From Myxococcota bacterium (lineage in GTDB: Bacteria; Myxococcota_A; UBA796; UBA2385), in contig JBIJDH010000001.1 of assembly GCA_044344255.1 (NCBI GenBank), positions 64,001-128,000 of the forward strand: a DNA stretch of 64,000 nucleotides, in the 5' to 3' direction. How positions within the stretch are numbered: the first letter of the stretch is position 1; each line of letters begins with the position of its first letter. A model generated the notes under the pieces. The model had not been told where the DNA came from and did no database searches. It worked only from the letters and a program-made list of their open reading frames with translations. Below are positions 56,452-64,000 of this stretch, one piece after another. The position numbers were made by a program, and so were the translations under genes.

Positions 56452-57129
56452 ATGAAGACCCTCCCGCTCCTCCTCCCGCTCCTCGTCGCCTGCACCAGCA
56501 GCGGCGCCCCATCGAACAAGGACCGCGCTGGCGGTGACGACGCCGACAGCGGCGCGACAGGCTCCGACGGCTCCGACGGCTCCGACGGCGCGGACGGCGC
56601 GGACGGCTCCGACGGATCCGACGGCTCCGACGGCGCGGCGGACAGCGGCGCGGTCGCCTCCCTCCACGGCGACATCCCCGACTCTGCTCTGCCGCTGCCC
56701 ACCTTCGAGGCCACCAACCGCGACGGCACGCCTCGAAACCAGAACGACCTCCTCACGAATCCGACCGTGATGTGGTTCTACCCAGCCGCCGCGACCGGTG
56801 GCTGAACGGCCGAGGGTTGCGGGTTCCGCGACCTCCAGGAAGAGTTTGACGCCATCGGCGTGCGCATCGTCGGTGTGAGCTTCGACTCCCCTTCGAAGAA
56901 CCAGAGCTGGGCCGAGGGTGAGGGCTTTACGTTCGAGCTGTGGACCGACAGCGATCGCACGCTCGCGCTCTACTACGGCGCCGCCAGCTCAGAGGACCAG
57001 CTCTACGCCGAGCGCCTCACCAAGATCCTCGACGCCGAGGGGACGCTCGTGCTCGAATACTCGGTGACGAGCATCCCCTCGCACCCCGCCAACGTGCTCG
57101 AGGACTGCATCGCCCTCTTTGGCGGCTGA
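56452..57129 (+). CDS. Lipoprotein BCP/PrxQ peroxiredoxin with probable selenocysteine (TGA 56803-56805, residue 118)
   Basis: LVAC lipobox. WFYPAAATGG-[TGA]-TAEGCGFRD continues in frame into IVGVSFD...F.L.TD...R.T.I.D.EG, matching FYP...TPGCT.EAC.FRD. Confidence 0.85.
56560..56634 (+). repeat. 9-bp G-(S/A)-D coding repeat, about 8 copies
   Basis: GGCTCCGAC / GGCGCGGAC units. Confidence 0.85.
56812..56835 (+). promoter_or_regulatory. Candidate bacterial SECIS hairpin
   Basis: GAGGGTTGCG-GGTTC-CGCGACCTC stem-loop; G-initiated apical loop about 17 nt after the TGA. Confidence 0.65.
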
Positions 57130-57183
57130 CCCGGGGCGGGCGCCCGGGGCGCCGCTCGGGTAGATTCGGCCTTCGGAGTCGCC

Positions 57184-58935
57184 ATGCCCCTCGATCGGCC
57201 CTCACGCCGCCCCGCCCTCCTCGCGAGCCTGCTTCCACTCCTCTTGAGCGGGGCGCCCTTCGCCTGCAAAGAGGAGGCCGAAGGCGGTGACAAAGCAGGG
57301 GGCGGCGGCGAGACCGGCGACGCCTGGCGCCCCGATCTCGTCTGCCCTGGCGACGCAGGCTGCGAGACGAACGAAGGCGCCTTCCAGGCCGGCGCTGCCG
57401 CCCTGCCGATCACCCCCACCTGCTTCGAGAGCTGGACCGACCTCGACGGCTCGCTCACGTACAGCTCCAGCCAGGACAGCTTTAACGACTGCGGCTGCGA
57501 CCGCCTCTGCGAGGGAGATGAGGGCTACCCCGGCCCTGACGCCGGCGAGGCGGACGGCGAATTCCAGCCGATCTGGATCGCCGGCTTCGGCCAGGGCCGC
57601 GCCGCCACCGATGTGCACGACGACACTTGGGCCCGCGCCGCGGCCTTCCGCTCCGGCGACACCACCGTGGCCCTGGTCTCCCTTGACCTCGTCGGCCTGT
57701 TCAACAACGACGTCGTCCGAATCCGGGACGCGGTGAAGGCGGCGGGGGTCGACGTCGACCACGTCGTCGTCCAGTCCACCCACGTCCATGAGACGGCCGA
57801 CACGCTCGGGCAGTGGGGCTCCAACTTCTCCCGCCGCGGCGTCAACGACGACTACCTGGCCTACGTGATCAGCCAGTCTGCGGCAGCCGTGCAGCAGGCT
57901 GTCGCCCAGCTCGAGCCGGCCACGCTCACCACCGGCGTGATCGACAGCGCCGCCCCCTTCGGCGCCAAGGGCACCCGCAACACCGTGCGGGACAGCCGCG
58001 ACCCGGTCGTCATCGAGGAGCGCGTGAAGGTGGCCTGGCTCACGGGAGCCGACGGCCACACCATCAGCACGCTCGTCAACTGGGGCAATCACCCCGAGGT
58101 CCTGGGCGGTGACAACACCCTCATCACGAGCGACTACGTGCACTACCTCCGCCAGGGGGTCGAGCAGGGTGTGAGCTGGGACAGCGGCGACCGCGCCGGC
58201 CTGGGCGGCGTCTGCGTCTTCGTCGAGGCCTCCGTGGGGGGGCTGATGACCCCCCTCGGCATCACCGTCACGGACATGGACGGGGCCGACTTCGAAGGAG
58301 ACACCTGGGAGAAGGCGGAGGCCCTCGGAAAGGTGGTGGCCGACCTCGCCCTCCAGGCCGCGGCCGGTGGATCGGAGGCCACGGAGCCCCGCGTGGCGGT
58401 CTCGACCACCCGTTTCTTCGTCCCGGTAGAGAACTATGCCTTCCAGGCGCTGTTCCTCCTCGGGACCTTCGACCGGCCGATCTTCAACTACGACCCCGAC
58501 CGCGACCTCGACGAGACGAACATCCCCGATCTCGAGACCGAGGTGAACCTCGTGACGGTCGGCCCCATCCGTATGTTGTCCATCCCCGGCGAGCTCACCC
58601 CCGAGCTCGCCATCGGCGGCTACGACGGCAGCCGCGTGAACACCGACGAGGTCGAGCTCATCAAGGCCGACAACCCGAACCCGCCCGACCTCAGTCTGGC
58701 CCCCACCGGCCCTTACTTCGAAGACCTCATGGGGGGCGAGCAGGCCTGGATCATCGGGCTCGGCAACGACGAGATCGGCTACCTCATCCCTCCCTATGAC
58801 TACAAGCTGAACGAGTCCTCGCCCTACCTCGTCGACGCCGAGGGGGATCACTACGAGGAGACCAACTCGGTCGGGCCCTCGGCGGCCCCGGCCATCATCG
58901 CCGCGGTCGAGGCCCTGACAGGCTACACCCCATAG
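57184..58935 (+). CDS. Neutral/alkaline ceramidase-like lipoprotein
   Basis: AGA....ITP, IAGFG..R.A..VHD, STHVHE..D, NHPE, IPGE..PE, GLGNDEIGY..P, HYEET.S.G. Confidence 0.7.
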   Translation: MPLDRPSRRPALLASLLPLLLSGAPFACKEEAEGGDKAGGGGETGDAWRPDLVCPGDAGCETNEGAFQAGAAALPITPTCFESWTDLDGSLTYSSSQDSFNDCGCDRLCEGDEGYPGPDAGEADGEFQPIWIAGFGQGRAATDVHDDTWARAAAFRSGDTTVALVSLDLVGLFNNDVVRIRDAVKAAGVDVDHVVVQSTHVHETADTLGQWGSNFSRRGVNDDYLAYVISQSAAAVQQAVAQLEPATLTTGVIDSAAPFGAKGTRNTVRDSRDPVVIEERVKVAWLTGADGHTISTLVNWGNHPEVLGGDNTLITSDYVHYLRQGVEQGVSWDSGDRAGLGGVCVFVEASVGGLMTPLGITVTDMDGADFEGDTWEKAEALGKVVADLALQAAAGGSEATEPRVAVSTTRFFVPVENYAFQALFLLGTFDRPIFNYDPDRDLDETNIPDLETEVNLVTVGPIRMLSIPGELTPELAIGGYDGSRVNTDEVELIKADNPNPPDLSLAPTGPYFEDLMGGEQAWIIGLGNDEIGYLIPPYDYKLNESSPYLVDAEGDHYEETNSVGPSAAPAIIAAVEALTGYTP

Positions 58936-58941
58936 GACTCC

Positions 58942-60051
58942 ATGAGAGATCTGTACACCGTGCTCGGCGTCGCCAAAGACGCTGACCAGGCCACGATTCG
59001 AAAGGCATACAAGAAGCTCGCCCGCGAGTTTCACCCTGACTTGAACAAGGCCCCCACCGCGGCGGACCGCTTCAAGGAGATCAGCGCCGCCTACGAGGTG
59101 CTCGAAGACGAAGAGAAACGCTCTCTCTACAACGAGTTTGGTGAAGCGTCGCTCAAGGGTGGCTTCGACGCCGAGCGCGCCCGCCAGTGGAAGTCGATGG
59201 GCGGCGGCGCGGGGGGTGGCGGCTTCCCCGGCGGCTTCGGGGGAGGCGGCGTGAACGTCGACGACCTCTTCGGCTCGCTCTTCTCCGGCGGGAGACGCGC
59301 CCAGGCCCCGCGGGCCAAGCGGGGCACCGACATCGAGGGCACCGTGCCGATCGGCCTGATGGACGCCCTCAAGGGCGCCACGAACAGCATCACCGTCCGC
59401 CGCCCCTCGAGCTGCGGCGCCTGCCAGGGAGAGGGTGGCACCGGCCGCAGCGCATGCCCCACCTGCCGGGGCACCGGGCGGATGGAGACCCACCAGTTTG
59501 GCGGGCGGATGGCCATCCCCTGTAACGAGTGCGACGGCAGCGGCAGCGCCTTCGCCGACGAGTGTGCCACCTGCGCGGGCACCGGCCGCACGATGCAGGA
59601 GGAGATCCTCAAGGTGAAGGTGCCGGTGGGGGTGAAGGACGGCCAGACCATCCGTCTCCGCGGCAAGGGCGGCGAGGGAGAGCGCGGAGGCCCTTCAGGA
59701 GACCTGCTGCTCACCATCGAGGTGGAGGCGCACCCCTTCCTCGAGCGGGACGGCGACGATCTCCGAATGGAGGTCCCCCTCACCCTCTCCGAGGCGATGC
59801 TCGGCGGCGGCGTGACCGTCCCCACTCCCCTCGACGGCGAGATCAAGGTCAAGGTGCCCCCCGGCGTACAGAACGGGCAGCGGATGCGCATCAAGGGTAA
59901 GGGAGCGGGAGAGGGCACCAGCCGAGGCGACCTCTACCTGGTGATGCGCCCGACCCCTCCCGTGACCGGCTCACCGGAGGCCCAGGAGCTCGCCCGGGCC
60001 CTCGACCGCTTTTATGAGGGAGACGTCCGGGAGAAGCTCCGCTTCGCTTGA
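58942..60051 (+). CDS. dnaJ: DnaJ chaperone (class A)
   Basis: J-domain HPD, G/F region, four CxxCxGxG repeats, C-terminal domain. Confidence 0.9.
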   Translation: MRDLYTVLGVAKDADQATIRKAYKKLAREFHPDLNKAPTAADRFKEISAAYEVLEDEEKRSLYNEFGEASLKGGFDAERARQWKSMGGGAGGGGFPGGFGGGGVNVDDLFGSLFSGGRRAQAPRAKRGTDIEGTVPIGLMDALKGATNSITVRRPSSCGACQGEGGTGRSACPTCRGTGRMETHQFGGRMAIPCNECDGSGSAFADECATCAGTGRTMQEEILKVKVPVGVKDGQTIRLRGKGGEGERGGPSGDLLLTIEVEAHPFLERDGDDLRMEVPLTLSEAMLGGGVTVPTPLDGEIKVKVPPGVQNGQRMRIKGKGAGEGTSRGDLYLVMRPTPPVTGSPEAQELARALDRFYEGDVREKLRFA

Positions 60052-61499
60052 GGAGCGGGGCTCGCCAGAGCCGCGCGGCGCCGACGGCGGGAGAGGGCCC
60101 CGAGTCCGAGCAGCGGGGTGAGGAGGAGCGCGCCGCTGCCATCCCCCTGGCAACAGCCGCCGACGTCCTTCGACTGGCTCTCTTCCTTGAGATCGAAGGT
60201 CTTGAAGCCCTCCTGCACCGCCCAACCCGGATTGTCTGTGCCGCTCCACTCATAGGCGCCGACATCGGGGGTGTCACCCTCTCGGGGGGCGCCGTTGAAG
60301 TCGGTCTCGGGCACGAAGGTCTCTCCGGCCGGATCAGCCACATCCACCAGGGTGGCCCCATCGGTCGGATAGAAATTCCATGAGGGCGAGTTCACGTAGT
60401 CGCTGTACCCACCCCCGGCCGAGTATCCATCGGAGAACCACAGGGGGTTGTCGACGAGGCCGCAGACGATGTTGCTGCTGAAGAGCCCCACGCCGCTCTG
60501 GAGCATGCCGGTATCGTCATCGGGCCGCTCGAAATACACGCCATATCCGATCGGGTTGCAGAACGAATTGTTCGCAAGGACCATCCCCGTCTGTCCGGCC
60601 CAGTCCTCGACATAGAGGGCCCAGGAGCCCGTGTCGACGACGGTGTTGAAGGTGATGACCACGTTCTCATAGTTGCCGTAGTCACTCTCTTCACAGCGGA
60701 TCCCGTAACCATCCACGTTGAAGATGAGGTTGTTTCGAATGAGGACCGCGCCGTAGCTCTCGATTCCCTGATTGACCGTGTTCCAGATCGCGTTGGCCTC
60801 GACCACGTTCGGCGCCCCGAGCTCGGTAGAGCCCGTGTAGATGCCCGTGTTTGCGACGTTGTAAATCACATTGTCGCGCAGGGTGTTGCCCTGTCCGCCA
60901 GGAGGGATCACGATGGCGCCTGTGTAGGAGCCGTTGATGTCGTGGATCCAGTTGTTCAGGACGAAGCTATCTTGCGTCCAGACCGTACCGTCTCCGTACC
61001 CCAGATACACACCCGAGCCCTCCACGTTGTCGTGGATGTGATTGTGCTCGATGGTGATGGCTCGATTGTTCCCGCTCACGTTGAGCAGCGTGCCACCAAA
61101 CTGGCCGATCTCGCCGTTCAACACGGTGATGTTGTCGGAGGTGTCGATGTTCATTCCACCGTAACGGAGCTCCTCCCAGCCGGCGCCGCCCGAGAAGGCG
61201 AGGCCCTCGACGCGGAGGTAGCTCGACTCGACGACCCGCACCGCGTACCAGCCGCCCTCTCCAGACGGCGGCGTGTACTCGATGACCGGGAGGGCCCCCT
61301 CCGCGGCCCGGAGCACGATCGGCGCCTCGGCGGTGCCGATGCCCGTCCAGGTCAAGGTGCTGGAGATGGGGTACACGCCGTCATTGAACACGACCTCGCT
61401 GCCCGCGCCGAGGGAGGCCGTGAGCGAGGCGATGTCGTCGCCCGGGTTCACGGTCACGCTGGCCGCGAAGGACGCCGAGATAATCAGGGAGAGAAACAT
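60012..61499 (-). CDS. Secreted right-handed beta-helix protein with MYXO-CTERM-like tail
   Basis: Signal peptide, N.IH/N.IY/NT beta-helix rungs, PD.GAYE, GGCC...LLLTPLLGLGALSRRRRR. Confidence 0.8.
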   Translation of the reverse strand: MFLSLIISASFAASVTVNPGDDIASLTASLGAGSEVVFNDGVYPISSTLTWTGIGTAEAPIVLRAAEGALPVIEYTPPSGEGGWYAVRVVESSYLRVEGLAFSGGAGWEELRYGGMNIDTSDNITVLNGEIGQFGGTLLNVSGNNRAITIEHNHIHDNVEGSGVYLGYGDGTVWTQDSFVLNNWIHDINGSYTGAIVIPPGGQGNTLRDNVIYNVANTGIYTGSTELGAPNVVEANAIWNTVNQGIESYGAVLIRNNLIFNVDGYGIRCEESDYGNYENVVITFNTVVDTGSWALYVEDWAGQTGMVLANNSFCNPIGYGVYFERPDDDTGMLQSGVGLFSSNIVCGLVDNPLWFSDGYSAGGGYSDYVNSPSWNFYPTDGATLVDVADPAGETFVPETDFNGAPREGDTPDVGAYEWSGTDNPGWAVQEGFKTFDLKEESQSKDVGGCCQGDGSGALLLTPLLGLGALSRRRRRAALASPAPQAKRSFSRTSPS

Positions 61500-61530
61500 C
61501 GGAAGATCCTCAAGAAGGGGTCGGGAGTCG

Positions 61531-63627
61531 TCAGGGAGCCCCCGGCCCGCCGGTATAACCGCGGTCATTCCGCGAGCCGTCGCTGTCTTCCCAGCCGGCG
61601 ACGTCGGGCCCGCTGTTTCGGGCCACCGAGCCGCTGCTCAGCCGGAGATCGTCGTCGGTGGGGTCCCCATTGTTGGTGAAATTCACAAAATCTGGGTTCT
61701 CCGCTCGGTTCTCATCCTCACCCTCCACGAGCTCCCCGCCGAGCTCGATGCCGGAGGACGTGAACCAGACGCTGTTGTAAGCCACGTCCGCCCCCGACGC
61801 GGGCAGCGCGTAGAGGCCGCTGTCCCCGTAGGAGGCCGAGATCAGGTTCGCCCAGACGATGAGCCCGGCCGAGCTCGCGGCGCCCGCATAGACGCCGGCC
61901 CCCTCGCCGACGCCGTGATTGCCCACGATCGTGTTGTTTCCGAGGACAAAGGCGGACTGACTACCCGTAATGGCCACGCCCCCGCCGAGCCCCGCCGCCG
62001 TGTTGTCCTGGATGATGTTGTTTCGAATATAGGAGGCGGCGCCGGGGGCGGAGTCCGAGATCGAGATCCCGCCGCCGTTGCTCGTGCTCTCATTCAGGAT
62101 GATGTGGCTCCGCTCCACCGAGAGGCCATAGGCCGCGGTGAAGGCGATGGCCCCGCCGACGTCGGCCGCCTTGTTGTACGACCAGGTCACACCGTCGGCC
62201 GAGACGTAGGAGGCGTCTGCGAGGAGCGCCCCGCCGCGGTTGCCCTGATTCTGGAGGTAGGCGCTGTCGGTGTCCATCAGGCTGCCGGACACGACGGCCA
62301 CCGCGCCTCCGTCGTCGTCGGCGAGGTTGTCGAAGAAGGTGGCCCGCTCGATCGTGAGGCTCCCGCTGGTGACGGCCACCCCGCCGCCGTCGCCCGAGCA
62401 GTGGTTCGCGGTCAGGCTGACGTCCTCCAGGGTGAGGTCCGCGCCGACCGCCCAGACCGCGCCGCCATCCCCCTCGGCGTTGCCCTCGGAGAGGGCGAGG
62501 TTCCGGAGCGTGAGGTGCGCCCCGTCGCGGACGGTGAAGGCACGCCCGGGTGAGCTCGAGTGGAACGTGGTCTCGTCGGGGTGGTCCCCGCCGCCCGCGA
62601 TGGTGAGGTCGATCGCGGAGATCGTCTCATTGACGGTATAGACTCCGGGGAGGAAGACGACCGACCGACAGACCTCGTCGAGGAGCAGCAGCGCCTCTTC
62701 AAGCGTGCCGACAGGATCTTCGTCATCTCCCGCCACACCGGTGGCGCCCTCCTCCACCACGACCGGGTGCGCCAGAGGGTCTGTGTCATCACAGTCTCCT
62801 CCGCCCGAACAGGGGGAATGATGATCGTTATCATCGTCTACGTCATCGGCTACGCCTGTACAGTCATTGTCCTTTCCATCACAGATCTCGTCGAGGGCAG
62901 GCGCGATGGTGGCGTCGTCGTCGTTACAGTCCCCGTCGCAGATCGAGATCCCATCCGTATCGAGATCATCGTCGTCGGCGTTTCGACCATCACAGTCGGA
63001 GTCTTTGCCGTCACAGATCTCCTCGGCGTTGGGGTGGACGTTGGCGTCGGCGTCATCACACTCCCCGCTGCAGAGCCGGTAGCCGTCGTAGTCGGCGTCC
63101 ACCTCGTCATCGGGGATCTCACCGTCGCAGTCGTTGTCCTTGCCGTCACAGGCCTCCGGGTTGCCGGGGAAGACGCTGCCGTCCTCGTCGTCGCAGTCTC
63201 CCTCCGCCGGGGACACGCCGTCTTCGTCTTCATCGCCGATGGAGGGGGTGCCGACGCCGCTGAGGTCAACGTAGGTGGTGTCGACGTCGGGGACGTCGGT
63301 GCGCACCTGGAGGCGGCCGGGGGCCGGCCCCTCCGCGTTGGGGAGGAAGACGACGGTGACGATCGAGCTCTGCCCCTCTCCCAGCTCGGTGACGCTGTCC
63401 CGCTGGATGTCCCACACCGTCGGCTCGCCGTCCACCACCGACACGCTGAGCAAGACGAAGCTGCCGCCGCCTGCGTTGGTGATCGAGAAGGTGGCCGAGC
63501 CCTCACCGTCCACCGGGACCTCCCCGAGATCGAGGGCCAGCGGATCGACCAACATCGAGGGCGGGGACTCCGAGCTCTTCTCAGAGCACGCGAGGAGCAG
63601 GGCGAGGAGCGGCAGGGCGAAGCGCAT
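61531..63627 (-). CDS. Lipoprotein: Ig-like domain, MopE-like Cys/Asp repeats and GGA(I/V) beta-helix
   Basis: LLAC lipobox; LD.GEV...ITN.G; DCDD...PG..E.CDGKDNDC repeats; N.A..GGA rungs; D.GYTGGP end. Confidence 0.8.
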   Translation of the reverse strand: MRFALPLLALLLACSEKSSESPPSMLVDPLALDLGEVPVDGEGSATFSITNAGGGSFVLLSVSVVDGEPTVWDIQRDSVTELGEGQSSIVTVVFLPNAEGPAPGRLQVRTDVPDVDTTYVDLSGVGTPSIGDEDEDGVSPAEGDCDDEDGSVFPGNPEACDGKDNDCDGEIPDDEVDADYDGYRLCSGECDDADANVHPNAEEICDGKDSDCDGRNADDDDLDTDGISICDGDCNDDDATIAPALDEICDGKDNDCTGVADDVDDDNDHHSPCSGGGDCDDTDPLAHPVVVEEGATGVAGDDEDPVGTLEEALLLLDEVCRSVVFLPGVYTVNETISAIDLTIAGGGDHPDETTFHSSSPGRAFTVRDGAHLTLRNLALSEGNAEGDGGAVWAVGADLTLEDVSLTANHCSGDGGGVAVTSGSLTIERATFFDNLADDDGGAVAVVSGSLMDTDSAYLQNQGNRGGALLADASYVSADGVTWSYNKAADVGGAIAFTAAYGLSVERSHIILNESTSNGGGISISDSAPGAASYIRNNIIQDNTAAGLGGGVAITGSQSAFVLGNNTIVGNHGVGEGAGVYAGAASSAGLIVWANLISASYGDSGLYALPASGADVAYNSVWFTSSGIELGGELVEGEDENRAENPDFVNFTNNGDPTDDDLRLSSGSVARNSGPDVAGWEDSDGSRNDRGYTGGPGAP

Positions 63628-63715
63628 GACGTGGCCGGGGTGTGGATTCAGGCGGCGGAGGGCTGCCCACAGCCCCCCGCGCGTGGCAAGCTACCATGGA
63701 GAGGTGGTCTGAGAG

Positions 63716-64000
63716 ATGCTGCGCGCCGCGCCAATTCCCAACCGAGCGTGGATGTCAGCCTGGATGGCTGGCTTCATCGCGTGTAAGGCCACGGACGACA
63801 CCGGCTCCAGCGGTGCCGGGGTCGGGCTCCCCGCAGAGAACGGCGGCGACACCTTCATCTACGACACCTCGAGCGGCGGCTTTGAGACCGGCCAGATCGG
63901 CACGTCGGATCAGACCCCCGAGCACTGGGTCACCAGCCGGGAGTCCGGCCGGGTCACGGTCACCCCCCGCGGCGGCCCGTACACCGAGCTGGCCGGCACG
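63716..64000 (+). CDS. Probable lipoprotein, 3'-partial
   Basis: MLRAAPIPNRAWMSAWMAGFIAC-KATDDTGSSG..., open to the window end. Confidence 0.6.
   Translation, partial: MLRAAPIPNRAWMSAWMAGFIACKATDDTGSSGAGVGLPAENGGDTFIYDTSSGGFETGQIGTSDQTPEHWVTSRESGRVTVTPRGGPYTELAGT

Noticed and set aside
56860..57129. Stand-alone 89-aa ORF
   Set aside because: It is the C-terminal part of the Prx fold, in frame with the upstream ORF across the TGA.
1..64000. Genome-wide TGA or TAG reassignment
   Set aside because: TGA and TAG end many genes at expected positions, with ATGA/GTGA couplings; only single in-frame cases were seen.

Overview
GC-rich bacterial chromosomal window with about 56 CDS. The gene content suggests Myxococcota or a related delta-proteobacterial lineage (MYXO-CTERM-like tails, DUF1592/DUF1552 pairs, many Cys/Asp 'MopE-like' repeat lipoproteins). 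Housekeeping genes include prfB with its +1 frameshift, ybeY, a 7TM-HD phosphohydrolase, phoH, an EF-G paralogue, coaX, birA, a deoxynucleoside kinase, moaB and dnaJ. They are interleaved with envelope genes: an ExbB plus two ExbD, GT-C glycosyltransferases, an O-antigen-ligase-like protein, an M23 peptidase, and large FG-GAP and beta-helix surface proteins. Features the ORF track misses or splits: (1) a lipoprotein BCP/PrxQ peroxiredoxin whose peroxidatic residue is an in-frame TGA followed by a SECIS-like hairpin (probable exported selenoprotein); (2) a 33-aa lipoprotein gene with its own promoter, multi-hairpin leader and terminator, set among glycosylation genes; (3) a sigma-54 promoter with a structured ~160-nt leader; (4) an IS3-type remnant; (5) a lower-GC islet with a TAG-interrupted gene; (6) enzymes with altered catalytic residues (caspase C->G, Ald KE->GA, an ExbD without the TM Asp); (7) recurrent short tandem duplications at start and stop codons. 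No rRNA, tRNA or CRISPR array was seen. All family calls are from motif recognition by eye, not database searches.
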